Assembly (NCBI GenBank): GCA_028818155.1
Contig: JAPPOH010000005.1
Location: forward strand, 29,943 to 93,942
Length of the DNA stretch: 64,000 bases
Source: Candidatus Woesearchaeota archaeon
GTDB lineage: Archaea; Nanobdellota; Nanobdellia; Woesearchaeales; UBA525
Reading direction: 5' to 3'
The notes under the pieces are model-generated. The model had not been told where the DNA came from, ran no database searches, and saw nothing but the letters and a program-made list of their open reading frames with translations. A program made the position numbers and the translations under genes. Positions 8,801 to 19,600 of this stretch are shown here, in pieces (the stretch's first letter is position 1; the number at the start of each line of letters is the position of its first letter).

Positions 8801-11800
8801 TTAGGGATACAATAGGAGCGTTCGTGTCATTCACAATAATGTACCATGTTGTAATGCCTGCAGTATAGTTTTGTGTTTCATTGTAGATCGCACTAACATT
8901 GTACGTTCCAGGAACGGGGAATTGTGAAATGTTTTCAATAGGTGCACTGCCATTGTTGATTCGAGCACCGTTCACGTATAGTTCAAGCAGCCCACTCCCA
9001 GGATTAATGAGTCGCGCACTTATATTGGCAAACTGTCCTTCGTCTATCGTAAGATTTGCCTCGGAATCATTCAGGGTGAGGTTGACAAGTGCTTGTGACT
9101 GGACAACAACATATGTGTATTGTAATGTTTCATTCTCATTCCCAACACTATCATTCACGTACCACTTGTATACATACGTTCCAACAGCAAGGTCTGTGTA
9201 GTTGTATACGAAGATGCTCGCTCCCTGGTCTGTCGAGGAGTAATTCGCTAGCGTTCCTGTGAAGTTGTGTTCAATCAGGACAGTTTCTGGGAATGTATCA
9301 ACCACAGTGATATTGAACTGGTACTGCTGTCCTTGTACATACGTCGCCGGAGATGCAGGTGCTGTTGTATTATCTGTTGTGGATGGTATCGTTGTGTCAA
9401 TGTTTACTGTGTAGTTGAACTGCGCAAAGCTACTCCGATCCGCTAAGTCGTAACACAAAACATTCCAAAGATACGGTCCATCATCATACGTTATTGTAAA
9501 GTTGTTTGGAATGTTGTTATTTGGCGATGGATCAGACTCATTCACTGACCACCCAGTTGCATTGTGATACAACGTACAGTTTGCAAGGTTCACGTCATTG
9601 GGTGTGTAATTGAGCAACACTGATGAAGCAGTGCTGAAGGAATCATTCAATAGTGTGTTGAGTGTGACCACAGGATCCGTCAGATCGACGGTGAAGTTTC
9701 GCAACGAGGATGTGCCGAGCGCAAATGTGACGTTATCATAACATTGGACGCTCCAATTGTGTTTTGCTTCGGCGAAATCCGCAATGGTGAAGATATTATC
9801 TGCATTATTCGTGACTGTTGTGTTTGTCTGGTTAAGAATCCCATCAACAATGATGGAACAATTCTCAATTCCAGATGCGTCATTCACAGTATAGTTGAAT
9901 GTGATGTTGTTTGTATCAACGAAATCCTCCTCTACAGGATAGTTGAGCTGCACAATAGGGGGGTCAGTCTCATTGTCAACTTGCACAGTGATGTTATATT
10001 CGACAGAGACATTCGTGAACGCATTGGTGTCAGAACACTGAATGGACCAATTGTGTTCCCCATTCGCTACAAAACGCGTGATGTTCTGGGATGTTCCTTC
10101 AGTAATAGTTGTATCTGCTGCACCACTCTGTGTGCCATCAATGAGGACACTACAATTTGCAATATCTGTAGCCGCATCTGTTGTATTGAAGAAGAAGACA
10201 ATATTGTTCGTTGTTGTTTCGAGCGTGTTGTTCGCGGGACCTTCAAGATTTACAAGAGGGGGCGTTGTATCTATCCTCATCGTGAAGTTGTTTGTCGAGA
10301 ACCCACCATTCCCTTCTAAGTCGACACAGTAGACGTTCCAGAGTACATGTTCATCAGGCAACGCGACGGTGAAGTTGTTTGGAATCGCATTTGTTACCGT
10401 TGCATTTGTTTCATTTGCTGCCCAGCCAGACACATTATGGTAGAGCGTACAATTCGCAATAGCATCAAAGTCGGTCGGCGTGTAATTGAAGAAGACATCA
10501 CTTGTCAACACCCACGAATCGTTTGTTGGAAGATTCAATCCAACGACTGGAGGGGTTGTGTCAATGATTTGGAGTGTTTCATTTGTGTCATTTGTATTTC
10601 CTGCGTGATCTATTGCATATGCGAGCAGTGTCCAGTTCCCTTTCACAGAAAGATTTGTTGTTGTGAGTGTTTCATTGCTTGTGTACTGTGCAAAGAACGT
10701 CCCATTTGGATATGAGACATTCAAGTACGAAGTATTCAAGTACAAATCAGTCGCGATCCACCCAACGAACACACTCTCCACACCAAGCTCAGCAGGATTT
10801 GGTGTCGCGTTCGTAATATTCACGAACGGCGCGGTACCATCAACAATGAACTGTGAAGAATTTCTCGCGCTGAAGATACTGAACATCGTACTGACATTCA
10901 AGTCATATGGCCCGTCTATGAGTGGTGCACTAAACGTGTAATTGTATGATGCATTTCCATCCGTCCTCGTCGGCCGAAGCTCCTCAGTTAACTGTGCGAC
11001 AGTTGGGGCCCAGCTCACCCTGACTAATGGTAAAATTCCCTCACTTTCAATTGCCATGTACATGCCAGGCTCTGCAGTGTGTCCTCGTTCTCCATCTGAC
11101 TCATCCTCTTCTTCAGTGTGGAAACCAACAGTTGTTGTGTCAAGGAAACAAGTAGGCATCCATCCACCATCACCACCATCTCTCCTTGGGAAATCACCAA
11201 CAAGCACCGGTATTTGTGAGTAGACTTGCGCGAGTGCTGCTTCAAAGCACCCATCCCCATCATCAACACCTGTAATAATATCAGCGAACGAGGTTCCTTC
11301 ATACGGAACCCCCTCTATAGTTCCAGTTCCTGTCTCGCCAACAATAAAGCCATAGTCTTCAGGTTCGTGACCCTCAGAAGCAGGACATGCGCCTCCTTGG
11401 TCACAATATTGTCCCATTTCAAGCGCTATCTGCACACTCGAAGTGCCAACATTGTTGAAGTGGTTGTCTACCCAGAGCGAATCCTTGTAGGACATGATCT
11501 GCCCTGCAAGCACAGGCGTCGCACCAAACGTGTGATTGTAGTTGATCGTGCTGTACGTGGTTGGTGTGCTCGTACCAGAGCCAATCACTTGGGTTTCGTC
11601 ACGGATCAAGTGACCTTCGAAATCAAGTGTTCCGTCTCGTGTAACGAACTGCCCTTCTTCCATGATAAAAATCGAGATATTTCTGTTCGCAAAAGCGTTG
11701 CCACCAGGGTTCTGAAGACGTATCTGGAAACTCGTTGCACTGACATTCGTCATTCTAATGGATACTTCTTCTGGTGGCACAGCTGCCTCTTCTATCTGTC

Positions 11801-14800
11801 CGACAACAACAGGAGAGAGGTATGTGGTATTCATTGTCACCGTTTGCCATGATGCACCAACATCTTCAAGATGCATCACTTCAAGTGGAGAGTACACATA
11901 CGATGCAACCTCTAACACCACACCAGGATCGGGGTTATCATAGTAGATGAAGTAATCTGTTGACGATGAGTCCGCAGCAATAGCTACCTGTGTTTTGAAC
12001 AGAACTTCTGTTGCTGTATCATTGAAAGGAGTTGCATTAATTCTGTGTAGTTCAACATTTGCGCTTCCATTCCAATAAACGATTCTGAAATCACTCCCAT
12101 TTGCGAGCATGCGATTCTGACTGACAAGTGTTTCAGTATCAACTGTATAATTGATCGTCGTGCCGGCGAGGAGTGCGAGTGTTGCGTTCGTGTTCGTGAT
12201 ATTCAACGCTCGTCGATACTTCCAATCAACATCCCACCAATCTGGCGTTATATTCCGCTCAATCAAGTGTATTTCTGACGCGTTCTCAGGATTTAATCGA
12301 CTTCCGTTGAGTGTGACATTCAACTCATTATAGGTCACATTCGTCCCATCATTAAGTGTCACATTACCAGTCACTGAAAGATTTTCTCCAGGCATAACAT
12401 ATGTTTTTGAGAGAAGTTCAGCAACAAAGAGCGTTCTGTTATCAGCGATAAACGTGTAGTTAACACTCGCATACTCGGTAACATTAAGTTGATCACCAGC
12501 AGCACAAGTCCATTTGTACGTGCCAACAGGCACTGCGACACTGAAATTGGCATCAACATTCTTTCCTGTCACATTTACCGTCTGATTTCGTGTCCACGAT
12601 CCGGAGACGTTATGATAGAGCGAAACATTCTGTATGCCATAGTCATCACTAATAGTACAGTTGAATGTGACGGTAAGATCACTCAGCACAGCGCCGTCCA
12701 CTGGAGCGACAAGCGAAATGCTCATTGGCGCATTTACTGCTGTGAATGTGTAGTTATTCGTGGCAAAAGCACCAAGATTCTCTTCATCATAGCACAGGAC
12801 GTTCCACACATAGTCCCCAGGTGTGAGAAGCGTTTCAAACGTGTGATTACTTCCTTGTGTCACGTTATACAATGTTTGATTTGATGACCAGTTCCCTGTG
12901 AAATTGCTGTACAATGAACAATTCGTCATGTTACTTGGTACGTAGTTATCTGTGACGTTAAACGTGATGTTTGGCATGAGATCTGTGCTGCTAGCATTCA
13001 ATGGAGCGACAAGTGTTACTGTTGGGGGGGTAAGATCCACAGTAGTGAAGTTATGCGTGCCTGTTGTGTTGCAATTTCCAGCAGCGTCACAACTTGTCAC
13101 GTTGAAATAGTAGAGTGTTTTTACAACTAAACCTGTAATTGTGACATTGTGCTGCACCACGAAACCAGTTTCGTGCGTAAAGATACCAAGATTTATTGTC
13201 GTATTGTGTTCCACGGACGAGTTCGCAGTTTCACTCGTGTTCCAAAGAATATCTGCTTCTGTCTCGCCAGGGAACGCGATGACATCCGTCACGTTCGGTG
13301 GTGTTACGTCAGGCGTGCTTGTTGTTGTGAAATTATGAGGTCCTGTTGTGTTGCAATTCCCTGCTTCATCACAACTTGTCACGTTATAGAAGTAGAGCGT
13401 TGCCGTTGCGAGATTACTGATTGCCACACTATGACTCGTGACAAGTGTGACGTCATGCGAGAAATTTCCTAGCGATTCATTCTCTCCATATTGTACTGTT
13501 GAATTCGAATTCTCATCTGTATCCCAGACGATAACTGCGGTGTTTGCAGTAATACTTGTGGCATTTTCACCTGAGATGTTCGGTGCAGCAGTATCCACAC
13601 GTAATGTGAAATTATTCTCTGCAAAGATTGAAACGCCAAACGAATCAGTACACTCGACATTCCAAATGAAATTCCCATCAGGTGGTGTGAGTGTGATGTT
13701 CTCTTCTGTATCATTCTGTGCGATAATCGTTGTGTTTGCAACCCACGACCCTGTGAAATTCGCATAGAGTGTACACTGCATCGTCTCGTCTTCTACATCA
13801 ACATACGTGAAGTTGAAGTCAATCGGCGTCTGGTTTGTAATCGTATCATTCACTGGCACGTTGAGTGTAACATTTTGCTCTTCATTGATCGCGTCAAGCG
13901 CTTGTATGTACCACCACGTCCTATTTCCAACGTTTTCGAGAAATGCGCTTGCAGATGATGTTCTCGTTATGCGAATTTCTAGATCACTATTTGCTGAGAG
14001 GTTGACGATACAACTTGCGAAGTTCGCTCCTTCGTAGCTGTCAGTGTTCGTTCCTTGATCTCCCCGGTTGTATCCTTGTGACCAGCAGAAGTCACTATCT
14101 GCTCCATTCACACGAAGGTTTCCTACATGTTCGAGACGAGTAGTAGCGCCTGTATCTCCAGAATCTCTGAGACTGTAAACGTTATATGCGATGCGATAGT
14201 ACCCTGCGCGCAGCACCCGAATTGTGTTGGAATCTGTTTTGTTGAAGAAGCTATCGTTCCGCTGCACAGTATCGAAGTCAAGATCAATGCCTGATGTTGT
14301 ATCAAGATCTTGTCCACCAACCTCATCTATAACCATAATGACGTTTGCATCATCATCAGGTATTTTCTCAATATGGAACCATGAGCGATTTGCAGTTGTC
14401 GCGAGGGTTGCAATACTTGCTTCTGCAGCACGCCCTGCTTGGATTTGCACATAGGCATTCTCTCCCAGTTCAACAAGCGCATCTGCTGTCACGACACCGT
14501 CGCGTGTGCTGTCAAAGCCTCGTAGATTCGTTTGCGAGTAGCCAACAGGAATTCGTGAGCCATTCACGAGAATTTCAGCAAAGGTTGCTGCACGAGTATC
14601 TGTCCCTTGTTCTGCAGCCACACCATATGTAATCCTATACAGGCCAGATTCGAGTATACTCACGTTGTTCGCATCAGTTGTAAAGTTAAAGGCACTGTCT
14701 TCCCGATCTTCAGTGTCCCACGTAAGATTTGTCCCAGCAACGACATTCATCGTCTGTCCGCCAGCTTCGTCATGCGCCATGAAGACATTTGTGATGTTTA

Positions 14801-16481
14801 TGCGTTGCATATGAAGCCATGTCTGGTTCCCAACACTGTTTTCTGTTGTTGTCGTGCTCGACGTACGGAGTACGTTCAGTTCAATCTCTTCACCACCTTG
14901 CAATTCTACAAGACAATCCGACGTCATAATGTTATCTTGTACAGAATTGCCTCCTCGTGTGTAGGAGGAGCCCCAACACGCGGGTTGGAGTGTGCCGTTC
15001 ACATATATGCGCGCATTATCTTCAATACGCCCACCTCCTGTCTGTCGTGCTGTAACGCCGTAGCTGATGCGATACACACCAGCTGTTGCGACAGTGAAGT
15101 TTGATTCTCCACTATTATGTGCGTAGATAGCATCAATTCTATCTTGCGCACTCCACGTGATGTCAACACCATTCGTTTGATCGTTGAGATTCTGTCCACC
15201 AGCAGTATTTCGTAGCATGAGAATGCCTGTTGCTGCAGCAAAGTTCTCAGCATATGCTACTTGATCACCAAATCGGAACTCGATGTAGTGGCTTCCTCCC
15301 GTCAGCACTTTGCTTTTTTCTTCTCCCGTCGCGTTACAACTATAATCCTCGATGAAAACGGAGTTGTTCACCCACGCGTAACTTTCAGTGGTTCCCCCAC
15401 ATGTGAGTTCGAGGAACTTGAGATCTTCTGTTTCTGCAGTATTACTCCATGTGGTGCCATTCGATGCACGAATAGTTAAGTTTGCGGTCCCTTCTGTGAT
15501 GAATTCAACAGTCCAATTGTTGCCTACAATAGGTTTACTCTTGACATTCAAAATGGTGAGGTTCGTTTCACCATAGCCAGGATCGACTGGGTCAAAGTGT
15601 ACGTCATACGGCTCTCCTGGTGTGATGAACTTGACAAACGTCCATGTTCCCGTGCATTCTTGATTCTCAAAATCCCATTCAATACACTTCCACAGCTTTT
15701 CTCCAGTTGCAACCCGCGTGAGTGTCCCATTTGTGAAATTAAGGGCGCTCGGATCAATAGCATAGGTTGACGCTTCTTTTCCTTCAATAACTGCAGGCTT
15801 TGCCTCATCATCGAGCCCCAGCACTGATTGTTGTGGGAACTCACAGTCTCTGATGATAACTTTCTCTGTTTTGCCATCAAACGACATCTCCACGTCATGT
15901 TTTCCTCGGATCGTGGCCATTTCTCCCATGGTTTTGCTTTCGAACCTTGTCGCTCCCTCTGGTTTTACACGCATGCCGGTGCGGCTGGGCCTGTTCTTTC
16001 CATGCAGGATGAACGATGATAGTTCTTCAAGCGTTTCATTTCCTGTCTGGTTAGCTCTTGGAGTGAGGATAGTCACTTTTCGCTTGCTCACAGACACATT
16101 CGTAATGTTCAACGAGACAGATTCAAGTACTTGGGTAGGTGACTCAATGATAGGAGCCTCTGCCACTAGTACTGTTGTTTCCATGAGAATAAGGCGCACT
16201 GCTCGGTCGACAAGCTGGAAGATGTGCTCCCCTGCTTCGAGTGGCGCAAATATGACTGGAAAGGTAATCGTTCCGTCCGCATCAAGGAGTCTAAGTCGAG
16301 CACTCGGTGTTACAACTTCAAGCAATGTGCTTGTCGTATTTACAACAGCTGCCCCAGAAAGGGTAATTGTGATGTTTTCACCGACAGCTGGGTCTTCCGG
16401 TGTGACATTCAGCGAGATGTTCTCTGCAGCAGCAAACGTAAGGAGCAGCAGAATTAGTATGAGAAGGCTATTTTTTTTCAT
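5871..16481 (-). CDS. giant secreted multi-domain adhesin-like protein (3536 aa). It has more than 25 Ig-like beta-sandwich repeats, each with a conserved Cys pair (NCSLY/NCTLY ... WNVxCxD), plus FN3-like repeats, ConA/LamG-like lectin-like domains and extreme N-x-S/T sequon density
   Basis: Uninterrupted 10.6-kb ORF with signal peptide MKKNSLLILILLLLTFAAAENIS. Its N-terminal domain set is paralogous to those at 16693..25050 and 25047..41267. No TM segment. Confidence 0.9.
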   Translation of the reverse strand: MKKNSLLILILLLLTFAAAENISLNVTPEDPAVGENITITLSGAAVVNTTSTLLEVVTPSARLRLLDADGTITFPVIFAPLEAGEHIFQLVDRAVRLILMETTVLVAEAPIIESPTQVLESVSLNITNVSVSKRKVTILTPRANQTGNETLEELSSFILHGKNRPSRTGMRVKPEGATRFESKTMGEMATIRGKHDVEMSFDGKTEKVIIRDCEFPQQSVLGLDDEAKPAVIEGKEASTYAIDPSALNFTNGTLTRVATGEKLWKCIEWDFENQECTGTWTFVKFITPGEPYDVHFDPVDPGYGETNLTILNVKSKPIVGNNWTVEFITEGTANLTIRASNGTTWSNTAETEDLKFLELTCGGTTESYAWVNNSVFIEDYSCNATGEEKSKVLTGGSHYIEFRFGDQVAYAENFAAATGILMLRNTAGGQNLNDQTNGVDITWSAQDRIDAIYAHNSGESNFTVATAGVYRISYGVTARQTGGGRIEDNARIYVNGTLQPACWGSSYTRGGNSVQDNIMTSDCLVELQGGEEIELNVLRTSSTTTTENSVGNQTWLHMQRINITNVFMAHDEAGGQTMNVVAGTNLTWDTEDREDSAFNFTTDANNVSILESGLYRITYGVAAEQGTDTRAATFAEILVNGSRIPVGYSQTNLRGFDSTRDGVVTADALVELGENAYVQIQAGRAAEASIATLATTANRSWFHIEKIPDDDANVIMVIDEVGGQDLDTTSGIDLDFDTVQRNDSFFNKTDSNTIRVLRAGYYRIAYNVYSLRDSGDTGATTRLEHVGNLRVNGADSDFCWSQGYNRGDQGTNTDSYEGANFASCIVNLSANSDLEIRITRTSSASAFLENVGNRTWWYIQALDAINEEQNVTLNVPVNDTITNQTPIDFNFTYVDVEDETMQCTLYANFTGSWVANTTIIAQNDTEENITLTPPDGNFIWNVECTDSFGVSIFAENNFTLRVDTAAPNISGENATSITANTAVIVWDTDENSNSTVQYGENESLGNFSHDVTLVTSHSVAISNLATATLYFYNVTSCDEAGNCNTTGPHNFTTTSTPDVTPPNVTDVIAFPGETEADILWNTSETANSSVEHNTTINLGIFTHETGFVVQHNVTITGLVVKTLYYFNVTSCDAAGNCNTTGTHNFTTVDLTPPTVTLVAPLNASSTDLMPNITFNVTDNYVPSNMTNCSLYSNFTGNWSSNQTLYNVTQGSNHTFETLLTPGDYVWNVLCYDEENLGAFATNNYTFTAVNAPMSISLVAPVDGAVLSDLTVTFNCTISDDYGIQNVSLYHNVSGSWTRNQTVNVTGKNVDANFSVAVPVGTYKWTCAAGDQLNVTEYASVNYTFIADNRTLFVAELLSKTYVMPGENLSVTGNVTLNDGTNVTYNELNVTLNGSRLNPENASEIHLIERNITPDWWDVDWKYRRALNITNTNATLALLAGTTINYTVDTETLVSQNRMLANGSDFRIVYWNGSANVELHRINATPFNDTATEVLFKTQVAIAADSSSTDYFIYYDNPDPGVVLEVASYVYSPLEVMHLEDVGASWQTVTMNTTYLSPVVVGQIEEAAVPPEEVSIRMTNVSATSFQIRLQNPGGNAFANRNISIFIMEEGQFVTRDGTLDFEGHLIRDETQVIGSGTSTPTTYSTINYNHTFGATPVLAGQIMSYKDSLWVDNHFNNVGTSSVQIALEMGQYCDQGGACPASEGHEPEDYGFIVGETGTGTIEGVPYEGTSFADIITGVDDGDGCFEAALAQVYSQIPVLVGDFPRRDGGDGGWMPTCFLDTTTVGFHTEEEDESDGERGHTAEPGMYMAIESEGILPLVRVSWAPTVAQLTEELRPTRTDGNASYNYTFSAPLIDGPYDLNVSTMFSIFSARNSSQFIVDGTAPFVNITNATPNPAELGVESVFVGWIATDLYLNTSYLNVSYPNGTFFAQYTSNETLTTTNLSVKGNWTLLAYAIDHAGNTNDTNETLQIIDTTPPVVGLNLPTNDSWVLTSDVFFNYTPTDFDAIANCTLYHNVSGWAANETNATVTNAIPNNFTVALPDEHVLWNVYCVDLEGNGGFSTNNFTMRIDTTPPLVNLEGPANNTLETTTNNIVFFFNTTDAATDIANCSVLIDGTQSGAADTTITEGTSQNITRFVANGEHNWSIQCSDTNAFTNVSVEYNITVQVDNETDPPIVQLNYPVEEDFVDTNNITFNYTVNDASGIENCSIIVDGILNQTNTTVTNNADNIFTIADFAEAKHNWSVQCYDNVTFALGTSSLRNFTVDLTDPVVTLNTLLNDSFSTASSVLLNYTPNDVNLANCTLYHNATGWSVNESDPSPNNNIPNNFTITYDDGPYLWNVLCYDLADRSSFAQFNYTVNIDTTIPSTTDNTTAPASPATYVQGQQYQFNITVVDTFPETVLIEHNFTGTLANYSSTDQGASIFVYNYTDLAVGTYVYKWYVNDSVGNENETLQYTYVVVQSQALVNLTLNDSEANLTIDEGQFANISARLINPGSGLLELYVNGARINNGSAPIENISQFPVPGTYNVSAIYNETQNYTAGITTWYIIVNDTNAPIVSLISPQNDTTVGTSGVVFSYNVTDTSAIVSCDLLINGTVNQTDTTITVNTTETFALSMEDGNYTWQVICYDTSNNGTSALHSFNVFDTTYLNVTIATASTYEQGEVAQINISTKDLFANSIQANATTAIIYTNTSVTDIPWWNESYTHRQLINITNTDADHIVEQNYSIQLSVNTSDPLMLANGSDIRIVYYHDTNATLVEIDRYNASPFNTSDTELWFTLQQDIPAGEFDDHYFLYYGNMTPGDPPENTSNVFMLFDDMQTGDLQGWVNHTTTGIAVVDEGGGNYVAWKAFNSDPGGGYKLLRESLVDYELRFRTNRINENGGASNRYGIVDGNGDGYGPRFDDFDTASGHIIEDRNSYVGNTVLTGSSVQLAPNTWYIWVMTKNASFMNFSAYNNTGEYITSVSGTDTGFDSVVLDRFQIFGGNEFYTDDVRVRMYMSNEPTAATGATHILKQVTENETNIFGEAITSYATFQQPLGNYSVVTLGERDGLDNGNGSTFFELVPDTIAPNITLELPLNNSWNGSAVVFTYYVDDINIDSCTLYHNESGWTANVSDSSPVHQANNTINTSFTSGHVLWNIECNDTFSNVAFASFNYTVRVDASVPVITLNAPGNDTNASSPVLFNWTVTDNLANFLNCSLTINGVVNETSINITEGNETIRNVSLATEGVANWSVACVDEAGNSGASELFEFFHLISPVNLTTYGNSTDVVINWSAVLGADSYNLYIQSNYSDRPSTPNVTGITDTNYTHTTSSDQMYYWVESARSTVTALRTQAGGKYTTVLPLNLSLVSFPLIPERFDLQNTTNIGFSFSTEPACAISLWRYNSTDYERTDWNGSVFTPASGSEGFTSLNMTASYWFESNTTCNNTFFGVVPVTTTRVGLVSGLNFMSWHTVLNQTLPTNSDPPLLVLSENNTIQAIDRFNSDTNVFEVTIHFNIGGVPWGWFPSANNPDFTTLDPTRGYVFDTTKEVNWTADPLT

Positions 16482-16599
16482 TTTCCACCTTCTCTTCGTT
16501 GAACTGCTGCATCATCAGCTCAACTTTCGACGATACTTTCATCGCGTTCTCTTTGCAGAGGCGCTTGAACATGACGAATACTTCTTCGTCAATCGTCAT
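16468..16599 (-). CDS. small ORF (43 aa) with ribbon-helix-helix/CopG-like pattern, overlapping the start of the 3536-aa gene by 14 nt
   Basis: Manual translation gives MTIDEEVFVMFKRLCKENAMKVSSKVELMMQQFNEEKVENEKK, a beta-strand followed by two helices. Two TTTATAAA TATA-like boxes at 16655-16675 and the palindrome CCATATAAGTATGG at 16627-16640 lie upstream. It is absent from the ORF track because it is under 60 aa. Confidence 0.45.
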   Translation of the reverse strand: MTIDEEVFVMFKRLCKENAMKVSSKVELMMQQFNEEKVENEKK

Positions 16600-16654
16600 C
16601 GTTATTTTTCGTTTGCCCACTCGGAATCCCTATAAACCATATAAGTATGGTTCT

Positions 16655-16675
16655 TAGAGGGTGATTTATAAAGAG
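16655..16675 (-). promoter_or_regulatory. two TATA-box-like elements (TTTATAAA x2) in the 211-bp gap between the 2785-aa and 3536-aa genes; likely internal promoter for RHH-ORF + 3536/742/575-aa genes
   Basis: TTTATAAA at 16655-16662 and 16668-16675, 55-75 nt upstream of the small ORF start codon on the minus strand. Confidence 0.4.
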
Positions 16676-16692
16676 AATTTATAAATCTTCGC

Positions 16693-19600
16693 CTAGACAA
16701 TCTCAAAGAAGAAGCTTACAGTGTCTTCACTCCCCTTGTATGAGGCTAGGCGTGAGGGCACTTTAATTTCATAGTCATACGTTCCAAACATGCCTGCTTG
16801 TGAGACATTAATGTTCGCTACGAATACGAGATCCTCTTCATCCGTTGTGTCAAATTGATCATTCGCAGATGCATCGTCGGCACTATCCCATAAAATACCA
16901 GTCCAGAATGCAGTGACGTTCGTACTATTCACATACGGCACGTTTTCAACGAAGTTACTTGTGAAGTTCACACCCCTCACACTCAGAGGAGTATTCGTGC
17001 CACCACCCCAAATTTCTTCAAGAGAATCCTCGAACGATGATGTATTGAGGTTTGTATCAGCATCGGTAAAGTCATTCCCAGTTGGACTCCCCCCTTCTGT
17101 CCGTGTAAGAGCGTAGAGATTCACAATGGAGAATGCACTGTCAGTGTCAGCAACAAGCAAATGACCAGCAACATTCGAAACATTGCCGAACTCATAGTAC
17201 GATGTGTTATCCCCCCCGCTGTGGAGCACGATTCCTGATGAGACATTTCCATAGTAGATTTGATACTGCTCAACAGTAAGATTTATCGTCACATTATTGT
17301 TGAGAAGATTCGCGTCATCTTGTGTATTCATCGGATCCACAGTCACGAAAATTTCATTTACGCCAGGCAACAAGATGTACGACACATTCACGACCACAGA
17401 TTGGCTAATGTTGAGCTCAGCAATCGTTATATTCCCATTGATTTGGTCGCCGCCTTGCCCACCTGTGAAGAACTGCACAATGATGCTGTCATTCGTATCA
17501 GTATTCCCTTGGTTCGTGATATTCGCGAAGAGCGTTATGTTAACCCCTTCAACAAGTGACTCACCACTCGTCGTCACATCAGTCTCATTGACCTTCAAAT
17601 CAGGACCGGTAATATTAATAGTGAAATTAAGCGGCGCAAACGCACTATTCCCATATGTATCGTAACAAAGGACATTCCATTCCCGTACGCCAACATTCAC
17701 GAACTCTTCATAGAATGTGTTATTTTCACCATTCGTAGGAGTTGTGTTTGTCACGATAGGATCAAACGTTACTTGCTCGAGATAGAACGTGCAATTATCT
17801 AGGTTGATATCATACGGAGCATACGTAAAGTTGAAGCTCCCTGCGCCACTCTCAAAGAAATCTGGCGGCGCGTAGAGCGTGACGTTTGGAGGAGTTGAAT
17901 CCGTAACAATTTCAAACTGTGCCCACCCCGTTCCATTCGTGAAGTTAGAGCGGTACGCTTCAGAGACAGCAGAGTAATTCCCAAAGACTTCAGATGCAGT
18001 GGGGAATTGCATGAGAACAAACCCACTTGAATCTGTCTCACTCTCATTCCTGTATATGTGCCACTCCTCTTCTTGAAACGCTGTAGTAATATTGGCGTTT
18101 GTCATCTTGTCACCAACGACTTCGAAGTTATCCCACATACAATGATCTCCAGCGTTCCCAGGAGCGCGCCCACCAAGGTTAAACTGAATGACATCATCAA
18201 TATTACACTCAATTCCAGCGTATGTGCACGCGTCATATGGTCCTATCTCAAAGTAATCAACAGGCTCAGGTGTTGCATCATTCGTATAGCACGTTGTTGT
18301 GTTTGCGTTCGTGCAGTTAAGAAGCAACGTGTATGTTGCCGCGTTATCATCAGTTGTGATGAGCGTACAAAACTCACTCAGAGAATCCAGGCTTGCACCC
18401 ACAAAGTCAGATGAAGCACGAATACTATCACACGGACTCGTTCCACAGAGTGAATTGTTGTTGGTCATGTTGAAAATAACCCCCCGCTCAGGAGCCCAGA
18501 CATCCAGGTCTTGTAATCGCAAGGCATAATCTGTCGATGAGTGTGCCTGATCAGCACCATCGTCCGTCGTACAGAACTCATAGTCTCCACCATCAATACA
18601 TGCATTGAAATTACCCCACGGGCTGTTTTCCGTGCACAAATTCGCACCACAGTTTGTTCCAGTTGTATCAAACCATCCATCCCCTCCCGAACTATCTCCA
18701 AAATCTTCCGTCATAATCGTCACAGTCCGCGAAATCGCAGCATAACCAGGATCTGTTGCGCCAGAATTGTTGTAGTAAACGTGATACATTTCATCATTTG
18801 TTGCACCACCACTAATATTCGCAAGGAACCTGAACTCACAATACTCATCGTCATCACCACCAAGCGCTTCAACAGGGATGACAGTGTAGTTGTTCTTCAC
18901 ATTGCTGCTATTCAACAGAATTAACCGAATTTCATTCACACAATCCGAGATATTCCCAGCCAATCCAGTAATGTTAGCAAAAACAACAACATCTGTTCGT
19001 GCGCTTGCAAGTTGATTCGTTATGAGGAGGGGTTGTCGTTTCTTCCATGACGTGTTCCACCACTTGAATGTTGTATTCCCATAGATAATGTCAGTTGTCA
19101 CATTTGTTTGTAAGCCTGTTCCGAAAATATCTGTTGTGTTGGTTGTGATATTAGCAATATCTCCCACTTCGTATTGTAGCTTGTTTGTCGTTACATCAAC
19201 ATTGATAGAATCACTCTTCAACACCGTGAAATTGAGCGTGAAACTTGTGTTGAAATTACTTTGCACATCATAGCATTGCACTCGCCACGTATAATTCCCA
19301 TCCTCGAGATATACATTGAACTCTTCTGTGGCGCCAACAGTTACTGACGTGTCAGTCTCATTCTCAAGCTCATCGATAAAGAGTGTACAATTGTCTATGG
19401 ATATGCTATCAGATACATTGTACTGAAGCACAACATTGTTCGTCCCAACAAACGAGCTGTTTTCAGGAGAGAGTTGTGTTATAATTGGTGGTGTGATATC
19501 CAGTATAGTGATCCAGTGTGTTTCCACACTAGATGTATGATTCTCTGTCTCATTGAAGACAGCAGTCACATTGTAGAATCCAGGTTCTGCAAAGAACGTA

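Noticed and set aside
15853-16635. Plus-strand 260-aa ORF spanning the end of the 3536-aa gene and the intergenic promoter region.
   Set aside because: It is antisense to the giant gene's N-terminal coding region and runs through the TATA-box region, so it is a composition artefact.
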